Positions 1 through 11,450 of a stretch of 62,187 nt of DNA are shown here, piece after piece. Numbering within the stretch: the stretch's first letter is position 1; each line of letters opens with the position of its first letter. The position numbers and the translations under genes were made by a program. Location: positions 3,933,899 through 3,996,085 of the forward strand of contig NC_057760.1 in NCBI RefSeq assembly GCF_004010195.1. Direction: 5' to 3'. The notes under the pieces were generated by a model. The model was not told the origin of the DNA. It did not search any database and worked only from the letters and a program-made list of their open reading frames with translations. The DNA comes from Chiloscyllium plagiosum (lineage: Eukaryota).

Positions 1-766
1 CAACCCTGCTAAGTGTGAGGTTGTCCATTTTGGAAGAACAAATAAGTATGCGGAATACAGGGTTAATGGTAGTGTTCTTAGTCAGGTGGAGGAACAGAGG
101 GATCTTGGGGTCTATGTACATAGATCTTTGAAGGTTGCCACTCAGGTGGATAGAGTTTGTAAGAAGGTCTATGGAGTATTATCGTTCATTAGCAGAGGGA
201 TTGAATTCAAGAGTCGTGAAGTGATGTTGCAGCTGTACAGGACTTTGGTTAGGCCACAGTTGGAGTACTGTGTGCAGTTCTGGTCGCCTCACTTTAGGAA
301 AGATGTGGAAGCTTTGGGGAGGGTGCAGAGAAGATTTACCAGGAATTTGCCTGGAATGGAGAATAGGTCGTACGAGGATGGGTTGAGAGTGCTAGGCCTT
401 TTCTCATTGGAATGGCGAAGGATGAGGGGTGATTGGTAGAGGTTTATAAGATGATCAGAGGAATAGATAGAGTAGACAGTCAGAAACTTTTTCCCCGGGT
501 ACAACAGAGTGTTACAAGGTGACATAAATTTAAGGTGAAGGGTGGAAGGTGCAGGGGGGATGTCAGGGGTAGGTTCTTTACCCAGAGAGTGGTGGGGGCA
601 TGGAATGCGCTGCCTGTGGGAGTGGCAGAGTCAGAATCATTGGTGACCTTTAAGCGACAATTGGATAGGTACATGGATAGGCGCTTAAGCTAGGACAAAT
701 GTTCGGCACAACATCGTGGGCCAAAGGGCCTGTTCTGTGCTGTATTGTTCTATGTTCTATGTTCTA
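1..766 (+). mobile_element. CR1-clade LINE 3' end
   Basis: ORF2 C-terminal motifs (RDLGV, LYRTLVRPQLEYCVQFWSP, VQRRFTR) followed by a 3' UTR ending in GTTCTAT repeats. Confidence 0.9.
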
Positions 767-2959
767 AGGAGAACATTCAGGTGATGCAGAGAGTTAATAT
801 GCAGTTCATTCACTTAAGAACTGTGCTACAATTCAGGTTAAAAGTGGTGTTTTCACAAGTAACTCTCCTCTTTTTCCTACAACCCAGCAGAGAATTAGAA
901 GTTAAATTTACCTCAACATTCTCAATCTAGTTTCATATGTGCCAGTCCATAGCACAACATGTCAAAAAAGTGCTTAATTGTAAATTTGACTCAGAGTTCT
1001 GACAGAAACGAGAGTAGCTCAGAGTTGCATGAAGAGTGAAGTAACATTTCCCATATCCTAAAGAACTATGGATGATGAAATACATATAAGGACAATGTTT
1101 TAGGCAAAGCTTTCAGTGCCACCAGCTTCAGAAATTTTTACTTTCTCTGCAGGATTGAATTATTTTTCAATAATTAGTAGCTTTGACTTTATTAAATGTG
1201 AGGAATTAAATTATATTGTTAATTGTAGTTAGTTGCTAAAAGACCTTTGTTGGCATGAAAGCATATGTCATAAGTCAAAACTAAAATTTACATTTGCTTG
1301 TTGTTTTATGGCTCAGATTTATATAAACTAAGGTTGATTCATAAAAATGCTTTTGAAATGGACATAGCTTTTACTTAAAGACACAACCATATTTGAAAAT
1401 GGTAACTTAAAAATATGTAATAGGTATATTTGTAACATATGGTGGAGTCACACATGGCTCTTGTAGTTAAACGACATTGATAGATTTTCTAGAATTCTGA
1501 AATGTCTCACTTGGGTCAAATGTCAATTACTAGAAAGCAATATTACATACTCCAAGCAAATGGCCTAACTGTTCACCAGTTCATCTTTTCTTGGCAAAGA
1601 TCAATGGAAGCCTCAGAGAGTGAACCTGTTATGAAAAGGATGACCATATAAAATGATTGACTTGTTAAAGAATGAATAATGAGGCACTAGAGAAATATCA
1701 CTCAGATGACTATTAATGTGAAAGAGGAATAGGAATTAGCTACAGAGTACCTAGCCAATCCAAGAATGACCATGAACAAAAAAAAAACAAAGTGTGAATG
1801 CTATAAATCGAAAACAAAATCATTGTAAAAACTCAGCATGTCTGGCAGCATCTGTGGAGAGAAATCAGAGCTATTGTTTTGGGTCTAGTGACTTCTTCAG
1901 AACTGATTACAGCTAGGAAAAGGTTGCTACACATATGCTAGACAAGGGATGGGAGGTGTGGTGGTGGTGGTGGTGTTTTGGATGGATTGGGGAAGGAGTA
2001 AAAGATGGGTTGGGTAGGAGACAGGTAAGAAAAAAACAGCTGGGCAGACAAAGGAAAGAGTAAAGGTCAACCCAAGATTGGCCATGAATGACTTTTGCCC
2101 TAATAAGCCAATAAGAGTTTAAATGCCTCTGGTTATGGCTCTGGGTAGCAGTTAGTTGGGGTGAATAAGGTCTGGTTCTTAATGCTATGGTCTGCAGAAG
2201 AACGAAGGAAGATTAATGATGAACTGATCAATATCACTGAGTCAGATATAGTATGAAACCAGTATGAGTGCATGAGTTTTTGGAATGCTAATGAGAATTT
2301 ACTTGCACCGGGAGAGCTTTACAAGCAGACAAAGTAAACATTGAAGAATATCACCTTGTTTTCATTTAGAAGCATCAGAGATTGCTTGTTGTAAGAAAAA
2401 GACACATAGCTTAGAAACCCTGAGGCTTCAGTTTGCAGACGTCCTGAAACTGGATATACGGAACAGTTCTCTGAGAACAAGGAGATAGAACTCAGAACAG
2501 CTAGAAAGAGATAACTTGAGATTAAGGGCTTAGTTTGAATGTTCCAGACCAGAAGTGCTCGTTTGAACCCTGACGGAGTATTTTGAATTTGAAAAAGTCT
2601 AAGTTCAGTTGTGTTAATAATCAAGACCAGGTATTGAAAACAGGAATTAAGTCAAACCTTCCCATGTGATGGGAAGGGAATTCTCTCTGGTGTTACAAGT
2701 AAAGGTTTGCTGCTGCGATAGATGGAATGTTGTATGTTTATTTGGTTTCAAAATCTTTCAAGTTGTGTTAGATATAAATAGCTTGGTTTTTCATTTTTTA
2801 TCCTCATTTCTTTTGCGTAATAAACTTCTATTTATTGTTCAAACCAAATCTGCAGCACTACAGTTTCTGTTTCAGTCAGATAGCACCATGTTAAATAAAA
2901 AAACAATGACCTATCAAGGCAGATCTGACTTGTGTGATAATAACATCAGCTAACATCAG

Positions 2960-3225
2960 AAATCATTAAATCTGAAATTGCAAAACAAAAATGACGACCA
3001 TGAAACTATCATCGATTGTTATCAAAACCAATCTGGGTCATTAATGTCCTTTAGGGAAGGAAATCTGCTATCCTTATCTGGTCTGGGTCTGTGACTCCAG
3101 ACCTACAGCAATGTGGTTGACTTGTCACTGCTGTCTGCAACAGCCCAGCAAACCACTCAGTTCAAGGCCAATTAGGATGGGCAACAAATGCTGGCCTTTC
3201 CTCCCAAGAAAGAACAACAACAAAA
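2960..3225 (+). mobile_element. old SINE-like repeat fragment
   Basis: Similar to the reverse-oriented copy at about 19655-20005 (taatgtcc..agggaa, gtgactccagac, gcaatgtggttgact, aaatgctggcc). Family not named. Confidence 0.55.
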
Positions 3226-3744
3226 AATCATAGTTGAATGCCATACTGCCCTCAGCACACATAGGTATACTTTTCACATCAATGAACAAGGATTCTGCCG
3301 AACCTCGTCCCCTCGAATGAAGGATGCTCAAGCTCTGGCAGCAAGGCATGTGGATTGAGCTTGGAATGTCCTGCTCAGTATGGATTGACACCACAATTGG
3401 TAGCACATTCACCCAATAAAACAAAAATTTACAGCAAAAGTCTCTAAGGGTTTCTGATTTAGGGACATTCACCATAGGCAGAGGCTCACAATCACATGAT
3501 GGAGGTGCAGTTCCTTGGGAATGAACTTAAAAGGATTGGTGGAAAAAACTGTTGTGACATTGCTTTGGAAGTCTAGTCTAAAGAGAAACATATAGTGGGC
3601 TGGGAAGAGACTTTCTCATCACTTGAGGCAAGTACATTAGTTTGTAGGGTGAAGGTGAGTATACACAGCTGTGAGACAGCAATAGCACCAGTCAGCAATA
3701 AAGTCTCTTACACTAGTTTCTACAATATCACCATGTACACTAAC

Positions 3745-3928
3745 CTGGCCTTCTCGCTGGCATCAGTACGATGTACGTTTGAAAGCTGGCCAAGGCAGAA
3801 GCGATCTCCTCCTGAAGGATCCACATAGCCATCGACTGTCACTACTGGGCAGCTTGAGGGAACTTTGAACATCTCCCCCACTTGCACATCCATTTCAAAG
3901 TATGTGATTGAACACCAGAACTCTGGAC
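3745..3928 (-). CDS. smad10: co-Smad MH2 first exon, 184 nt
   Basis: (G)[61 protein letters not shown]. Acceptor ccttctatag|GT, donor GCCAG|gttagt, phase 1 to 2. Confidence 0.96.
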
Positions 3929-4659
3929 CTATAGAAGGGGACAGAGCAAAGAAGATGGAAGCACACCAATGGGTAGAGGGAAAAAGCAATCAGGACAATT
4001 TGACAGTTGCTGCACACCAATTACCATGCACAGTTAAGGAATATATGAAAGGGGCCAGTAAAAATAAAAAATCTAAGATTGGAAAGTTTTTGGAATACAG
4101 GAAAGGAGGACCAAGACACTGAGAAGGAAAGAAGAATAGAATATGGACACAATCTGGCAAGGAACATAAATGGACTGTAAAAGCTTCTATAGGTGTATAA
4201 AAGGACATGTCTGACCAAGACAATGCAGATCTATTACAGGTAGAGAAGGGAGAATTTAAAATTGATAATATAGAAATGGCAGAGAAACTAAATGATTACT
4301 TTGTGTCTATTTTTAGACTATAAGATATAGGAGCAGAAGTTGGCCATTTGGCCTACTCTACCATAGCTGAGGAAGGTGCAAAACATCTCCCAAAATTAGA
4401 GATCCGTGTGAGTAGGGAGAATGAGGAGTTGAAGGAAATTAGCAATAGTAAGATTATACTGAAGAAATTAACAACACTGAATATTAATAAATCCCCAGGA
4501 CCTGACAGTCTACCTCCCCGTGTGTCAGAGTGGCTATTCAAAATTCTATAGGTACTACAATGATTCCTGCAGATTGGAAGTTAGCAAATGTCACCACACA
4601 ACGAAAGAAGACAGAAAGACGGAAACAGGAAGCATGGATCTGTTCATAGTACATTAGTA

Positions 4660-5460
4660 CAGTCAGAGAACTATTGGCTCATACAGCACAGAAACAGACC
4701 TTTCGGTCCAACTTGTCCATTACCAGACATCTCAACTGCTCCTTGTCCCATTTGCCAGCATTTGGCCCATATTCCTTTAAACCCTTCCTATTCATATACC
4801 CACCAGATTCCTTTTACATATTGTAATTGCACCAGCCTCCACCATCTCCTCTGGCAGCTCATTCCATACACACACCACCCTCTACATAAAAAAGTTACCC
4901 TTCCAGTTGCATGTTAAAATCCTTCCCCTCTCACCATAAAGCTACGCCCTCGTGTTTTGGGCTGCCCATCGTAGGCAAACAGCTTGGCTATTTAACATAC
5001 CCATGTCCCTCATGATTTTTAAAACCTCAATTAGGTCACCCCTCAACCTCCAACACTCCAGGGTAAAAAGCCACAGCTTATTCAGCCTCTCACTAGAACT
5101 CAAACCTTTTAGTCCCAGTAACACCTTTGTAAATCTTTTCTGCACCATCTCAAATTTAACAATATTCTTTCCAGAGCAGGACAACTAGAATTGTACGCAA
5201 TATTCCAAACATGGCACTACCAATATCCTGTCCAACTGCAACATGACGACTCAACTCCTATACTCAGCACACTGACCACTGAAGGCAAGTACCAAATGCC
5301 TTCTTCACAACCCTGTCTACCTGTGACTCCACTTTCAAACAACTATGCACCAACACCCCTAGATCTTGGTTCAGCAACACTCCCCAGGGCCCTAATGAGA
5401 CAACTCCTGCCATGGTCTGCAATATTGCACATTTATCTAAATTAAACTCCATCCGCCACT
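4660..5460 (-). mobile_element. CR1 LINE 3' fragment
   Basis: Minus-strand peptides MEFNLDKC.. and [16 protein letters not shown]. Confidence 0.8.
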
Positions 5461-6145
5461 TTTCTTCCTTTTTTCATTTCATTTATCCATTATTTGATAC
5501 TATAGTTGGACTAAGTTAAGCTTAAGAGTAAAAATGGCAGGAGATTCCAGACCATGTAATGCTCCTCGTGTTCAATATGGGAGTTCAGGGATGCAGCTGA
5601 TTGTCCCTGACTCCTTCTCGTGCAGGAAGTGTGGCCAGTTGCAGCTCTTGTTAGACCGCATGATGGCACTGGAGCTGCGGATGGACTCACTTTTGAGCAT
5701 CCATGATGCTGAGGTGGTCGCGGATAACACGCTTAGCGAATTGGTCACACCGCAGATCAGGATTGTTGAGGGAGAAAGGAAATGGGTGACCAAAATGCAG
5801 AGAAAGAGCAGGAAGGCAGTGCAGGTATCACCCGCGGTTATCTCCCTCCAAAACAGGTATACCGTTTTGGATACTGTTGGGAGAGATGACTCACCAGGGG
5901 AAGGCAGCAGTAGCCAGGTTCATGGCACCGTGGCAGGTTCTGCTGTACAGAAGGGTGGAAAAAGAGTGGAAGGGCTATAGTCATAGGGGATTCAATTGTA
6001 AGGGGAGTAGATAGGCAGCTGTGTGATTGAAAGTGAGACTCCCAAATGGTATGTTGCCTCCCACGTGCATGGGTCAGGAATGTCTCAGATCGGCTGCAGG
6101 ACATTCTGAAGGGAGAGGGTGAAAAGCCAGCTGCTGTGATGCATA

Positions 6146-6975
6146 TAACCCTATCTAACCCTCTGATTATCTTATGCGTCTCGATTAAGTCACCTCTCAA
6201 CCTTCTTCTCTCCAACAAAAACAGCCTCACTTCCCTTAGCCTTTCCTTGTAAGACATTCCTCCCATACCAGGCAACATCCTAGGAAATCTCCTCTGAACT
6301 CTTTCCAAAGTTTCCACAACCTTCCGATAATGCGGTGACCAGATCTGTACACAATACTCCAAGTGTGGCCTTAACCAGTGTCTTCTACAGCTGAAGCATG
6401 ACCTCGTGGCTCTGAAACTCAAGCCCCCTACCAATAAACGGCAACACACCATATGCCTCCTTAACAACCCTATCAACCTGGGTGACAACTTTCAGGGATT
6501 TATGCACCTGGACAATCAGGTCTCTCTGTTCATCTGCACTGCCAAGAATTTTACCATTAGCCCAGTACTCTGTATTCCTGTTACTTCTTCCGAAGTGAAC
6601 TACCTCACACTTTTCCGCATCAAATTCCATTTGCCACTTCTTAGCTCAGCTCTGCATCTTATCTATGTCCCTCTGTAACCCTCAACATCCTTCAGCACTA
6701 TCTACAACTCTGGCTACCTTAGTGTCATCCGCAAATTTACTAACCCATCCTTCTACGCCCACATACAAATCATTTATAAAAATGACACACAGCAGTGGCC
6801 CCAAAACAGCTCTTTGCAGCACACCACTGGTAACTGAGCTCCAGGATGGACATTTTCCATCAACCACCACCCTCTGTCTTCTTTCAGCTCGCCAATTTCT
6901 GATCCAATTAATCACCTTCAATCCCGAAACTGCGTATTTTGTACAATAGCCTACCATGTGGAACCTTATCAAACC
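6146..6975 (-). mobile_element. inverted CR1 RT fragment inside the + strand CR1
   Basis: Minus-strand peptides [26 protein letters not shown]. Confidence 0.85.
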
Positions 6976-9113
6976 TAGGGCTTGGATTAGTACTTGGGAG
7001 TATGATGTTATTGCTATTACTGAGACTTGGTTGAGGGAAGGGCATGATTGGCAAATAAATATCCCAGGGTACAGGTGCTTTAGGTGGGATAGAAAGGGAG
7101 GTAAAAGGAGTGGAGGAGCTGCATTTCTGGTCAGACTGGATATCGCAGCTGTGCTGAAGGAGGGCACTATGGAGGACTCGAGCAGTGAGGCAATATGGGC
7201 ATGGCACAGAAATAGGAAGGGTGCAGTAACAATGTTGGGGCTGTACTAGAGACCTCCCTACAGTGAGTGTGAGATAGTGGTACAAATATAGAGACAGATT
7301 ATGGAAAAATGTAGGAGCAACAGAGTGATGGCGATGGGAGACTTTAATTTTCCCAACATTGACTGGGATTCACTTAGTGTTAGAGGTCTCGGTAGAGCAG
7401 AATTTGTAAAGAGCATCTAGGAGGGTTTTCTAGGGCAGTACATAAATAATCCAACTCAGGAAGTGGCCATACTGGACCTGGTGTTGGGGAATGAGCCTCG
7501 CCAGGTGGTTAAAGTTTCAGTAGGGGATTACTTTGGGAATAGTGATCACAATTCCGAAGTTTTAGAATACTCATGGACGAAGACAACAGTGGTCTAAAGG
7601 AAGAGTGCTAAACTGAGGGAAGGCCAACTATACGAAAATTTGGCAGGAGCTGGGGATTATATTTTTGGAGCAGCTGTTTGAGGGTAAATTCACATTTGAT
7701 ATGTGGGAGGCTTTTAAAGAGAGGTTGATTAGAATGCAAGACAAACATGTCCCTGTGAAAATGAGGGATAGAAATGGCAACATTAGGGAACCATGGTTGG
7801 CAGGTGAAATTGAGAGATTAGCTAAGAGGAAAAAAGAAGCATACATAAGGTCTAGATGACCGAAAACAGACAAAGCTTTAGAAAAATATCGGGAAACTAG
7901 GACCACTCTGAAATAAGGAATTAAGAAGGCTAAAAGGGGTCATGAAATATCTTTAGCAAACAGGGTTAAGGAAAATTCCAAAGCCCTTTTTTCATATATA
8001 AGGAGCAAGAGGGTAACTAGGGAAAGGGTTGGCCCACTCAGGGACAAAGGAGGAAAGATATGGGTGGAGTCAGAAAAAATGGATGGATGTTGAGGTTAGG
8101 GATAGATGCTCAATTACTCTAGGTCAAGTTGGTATAAGGAGGGAGGAAGTGTTGGGTATTCTAAATGGCATTAAGGAGGACAAATCCCCAGATCTGGATG
8201 GGATCTATCCCAGGTTACTGAGGGAAGCAAGATAGGAAATAACTGGGGGCTTAACAGACATTTTTGCAGCATCCTTGGACATGGGGGAGGTCCAGAGGAC
8301 TGCAGAATTGCTAATGTTGTTCACTTGTTTATGAAGGGTAGCAAGAATAATCCTTCAACCGGAAGAGATTGAAGTCCTGAGTAGGCGTCTCAACTTCTGC
8401 CCCACCACCAAAATGGACCCGTTGGTTCTGGCAGCAGACACGGAGGAGTTCATCAGACGAATGAGACTCCGGGAATTCTTTCAAGGTGCCAGCAGTGATC
8501 CCAATGAGCCCACTGATGAACTGGAACAGTCATCACAGGGATCTGTAGAGGAGCAACCAACGAAGGTGGCAACATGGACCCCACCAGAGGGCCGCTGCCC
8601 TGGGCTTGACATGTATGCTCAAACTCTCAGGAAATATATAAATGCCAGATTCATCAACTGTACCCACAAGGTAGAGCAAAACATCACCCGTTCACAGCGC
8701 AATGACATCCAGGCTCTTAAAACCAATCACAACATTGTCATCAAATCAGCAGATAAAGGAGGAACCACTGTCATTCAGAATAGAACAGATTACTGCAAGG
8801 AAGTGTACCGACAACTGAACGACCAGGAACACTACAGGCAACTACCAGCTGATCCAACCAAAGAACACACCTGAGAATTAAACACACTGATCAGAACTTT
8901 GGATCCAGTCCTTCAAAGTTCCCTACGCGCCCTCATCCCACGTGCATGTGAGAGTGTGGGAGTGTGTGTCTCTTCAACTGCCTTTCAAAGGTACACAAAG
9001 CCAACACACCGGGATGTCCCATCGTGTCGGGCAATGGGACCCTATGTGAGTCCGGCTATGTGGAAGGCATCTTGAAACCTATTGTACAGGGGATCTCCAG
9101 CTTCTGTCGCGAC

Positions 9114-9350
9114 ATTAAGGGGGGGTAGGTATAGGACAGATGTTAGGGGTAGGTTCTTTACTCAGCGAGTCGTGAGTTCATGGAATGCCCTGCCAGTAGC
9201 AGTGGTGGACTCTCCCTCATTATGGGCATTTAAGCGGGCATTGGATAGGCATATGGAGGATAGTGGGCTAGTGTAGGTTAGGTGGGCTTGGATCGGCGCA
9301 ACATCGAGGGCCGAAGGGCCTGTACTGCGCTGTATTCTTCTATGTTCTAT
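9114..9350 (+). mobile_element. short CR1 3' tail inserted into the Penelope RT
   Basis: RGRFFTQRVVSSWNALP, then a 3' UTR ending ttctatgttctat. The Penelope sequence resumes afterwards. Confidence 0.8.
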
Positions 9351-10466
9351 TTCTTACAGAAACTAGCACTCACGGACCAGTCGAATCTGGAACATTCCTC
9401 AGCACAATGGACGTTTCCGCACTCTACACCAGCATCCCCCACAAGGATGGCATCGCGGGGCAAGAGCCTCAGTACTCAACACCAACAACTGCCAATCGCC
9501 AAACACCATCCTACAACTCATCCGCTTTATCCTTGATCACAACGTCTTCACCTTTGACAACCAGTTCTTCATCCAGACACACGGAACAGCCATGGGGACC
9601 AAATTTGCACCCCAATATGGCAACATTTTTATGCACAGGTTCGAACAAGACTTCTTCTCTATGCAGGATCTCCAACCAACATTGTACACCAGGTACATTG
9701 ANNNNNNNNNNNNNNNNNNAAACTACACAGTGACATCAACAAGTTTCATCCCACCATCAAACTCACCATGGACAACTCTCGACTATCTGTCTCATTCTTG
9801 GACAAATGCATCTCCATCAAGGATGGACACCTCAGCACCACACTCTACCGCAAACCCACAGACAACCTCACAATGCTACACTTCTCCAGCTTTCACCCAA
9901 AACATATTAAAACAGCCAGCCCCTATGGACAAGCCCTACGCATACACCGGATCTGCTCAGATGAGGAGGAACGTGACAGACACCTAGAAATACTCAAGGA
10001 TGCCCTCACAAGAACGGGGTACGATGCTCAACTCATCGACCGCCAGTTCAGACTTGCCACAGCAAGGAACCGTAATGACCTCCTCAGGAGACAGACATGT
10101 GCTGCAACTGACAAGGTACCCTTCATTGTTCAGTACTTCCCAGGGGCTGAAAAATTACGCCATGTTCTTCATGACCTGCAACACATTATCAATGAGGATG
10201 AGCACCTCACCAAGACCTTCCCCACACCTCCACTACTTGCCTTTAAACAACCGCCAAACCTCAAACAGATCGTTGTTTGTAGCAAGCTGCCCAGCTCCCA
10301 GGACAACTCCATACAATCCTGTCACGGTAGACGTTGCAAGACGTGTCAGATTGTGGACATAGATACTACCATTACACGTGGGGACACCTCCCACCTTGTA
10401 CGTGGCAGGTACTCATGTGACTCAGTCAACGTTGTCTGTCTTATACGTTGCAGGCAAGGATGCCCG

Positions 10467-10674
10467 GAGCTGAAAATGTGTTGCTGGAAAAGCGCAGCAG
10501 GTCAGGCAGCATCCAAGGAGCAGGAGAATCGACATTTCGGGCATGAACCCTTCTTCAGGCTCATGCCCGAAACGTCGATTCTCCTGCTCCTTGGATGCTG
10601 CCTGACCTTCTGCGCTTTTCAGCAACACATTTTCAGCTCTGATCTCCAGCATCTGCAGTCCTCACTTTATCCTA
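10467..10674. mobile_element. palindromic hammerhead-bearing mini-element (family A) with 11-bp TSD
   Basis: Inverted arms aaaatgtgttgctggaaaagcgcag... and ...ctgcgcttttcagcaacacatttt. TSD AAGGATGCCCG at 10456-10466 and 10675-10685. Confidence 0.85.
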
Positions 10675-10966
10675 AAGGATGCCCGAAGGCATGGTACATT
10701 GGGGAAACCAAGCAAAGGCTACGACAACGGATGAATGGGCACTGCACAACAATCAACAGACAGGAGGGTTCCCTCCCAGCTGGGGAACACTTCAGTGGTC
10801 CAAAACATTCAGCCTTGTACCTTCGGGTGACCACAAGATGGACATCGGGACAGGTAGCAGAGAAAAGTGGCCGAGCAGAGGCTGATAGCTAAGTTCAGTA
10901 CCCATAGGGAGGGCCTCAACCGGGACCTTGGGTTCATGTCACATTACAGGTGACTACTATTGCACT

Positions 10967-11022
10967 ATACACACACACACAGATACTCCTACACACACAC
11001 ACACACACTCTCACGCACACAC
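10967..11022 (+). repeat. (CA)n microsatellite region in Penelope 3' part
   Basis: Interrupted CA runs seen directly. Confidence 0.85.
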
Positions 11023-11415
11023 GAATTTGTACTTGCAGGGTTACATTGTACTTTGCTCAAAAACTGCATGCATTCATGCAGAACTCTGAGCTCAAAAACT
11101 GCATGAATTTACGTAAAACTCCGTTATCTCACTTTTTAGATTAGCATCAATATTAAGCATCATGGCATAGACAGAGAACACAGGGGGCTAACACCTTCAA
11201 CATATTGCCTAGCTATCACCATTGCTAACAGCTAACCCGAAATGCAACTTTTTAAAAAAAAGTTTTGTGATTTACACATGAAAGAAGTGAACTATCACTG
11301 TATTCTAACAGATAAAAGGCTTAACAGACGATCAATTTTTCAATGCATAATTTCAGTTACATCACATTGTAAATTTTTGCTATAAATTCTGTGTTACGAT
11401 TGAGCCCTCCACTAT

Positions 11416-11450
11416 CACCTGATGAAGGAGCGTCGCTCCGAAAGCAAGTG
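11416..11450 (+). ncRNA. minimal type-I hammerhead ribozyme-like motif in Penelope tail (cleavage site mutated)
   Basis: CAC-CTGATGA-A-GGAGC-gtc-GCTCC-GAAA-GC-AA-GTG. Stem I is CAC/GTG. The UH position reads AA here but TA in the related copy at about 52531-52546 (minus strand). Confidence 0.65.

Noticed and set aside
2070..2945. Possible LTR remnant ending aataaca
   Set aside because: No clear 5' terminus or TSD could be read.
1..3744. Next MH2 exon (LHIGKGVQL..)
   Set aside because: Not found; presumably beyond the window start.
10467..10674. Palindromes as CRISPR repeats, terminators or miRNA genes
   Set aside because: Eukaryotic context, dispersed copies with TSDs, no spacer array and no expression evidence.
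9768..10892. 374-aa ORF as a host or domesticated gene
   Set aside because: It is the C-terminal part of a disrupted Penelope ORF with an inserted repeat, and it frameshifts near its end.
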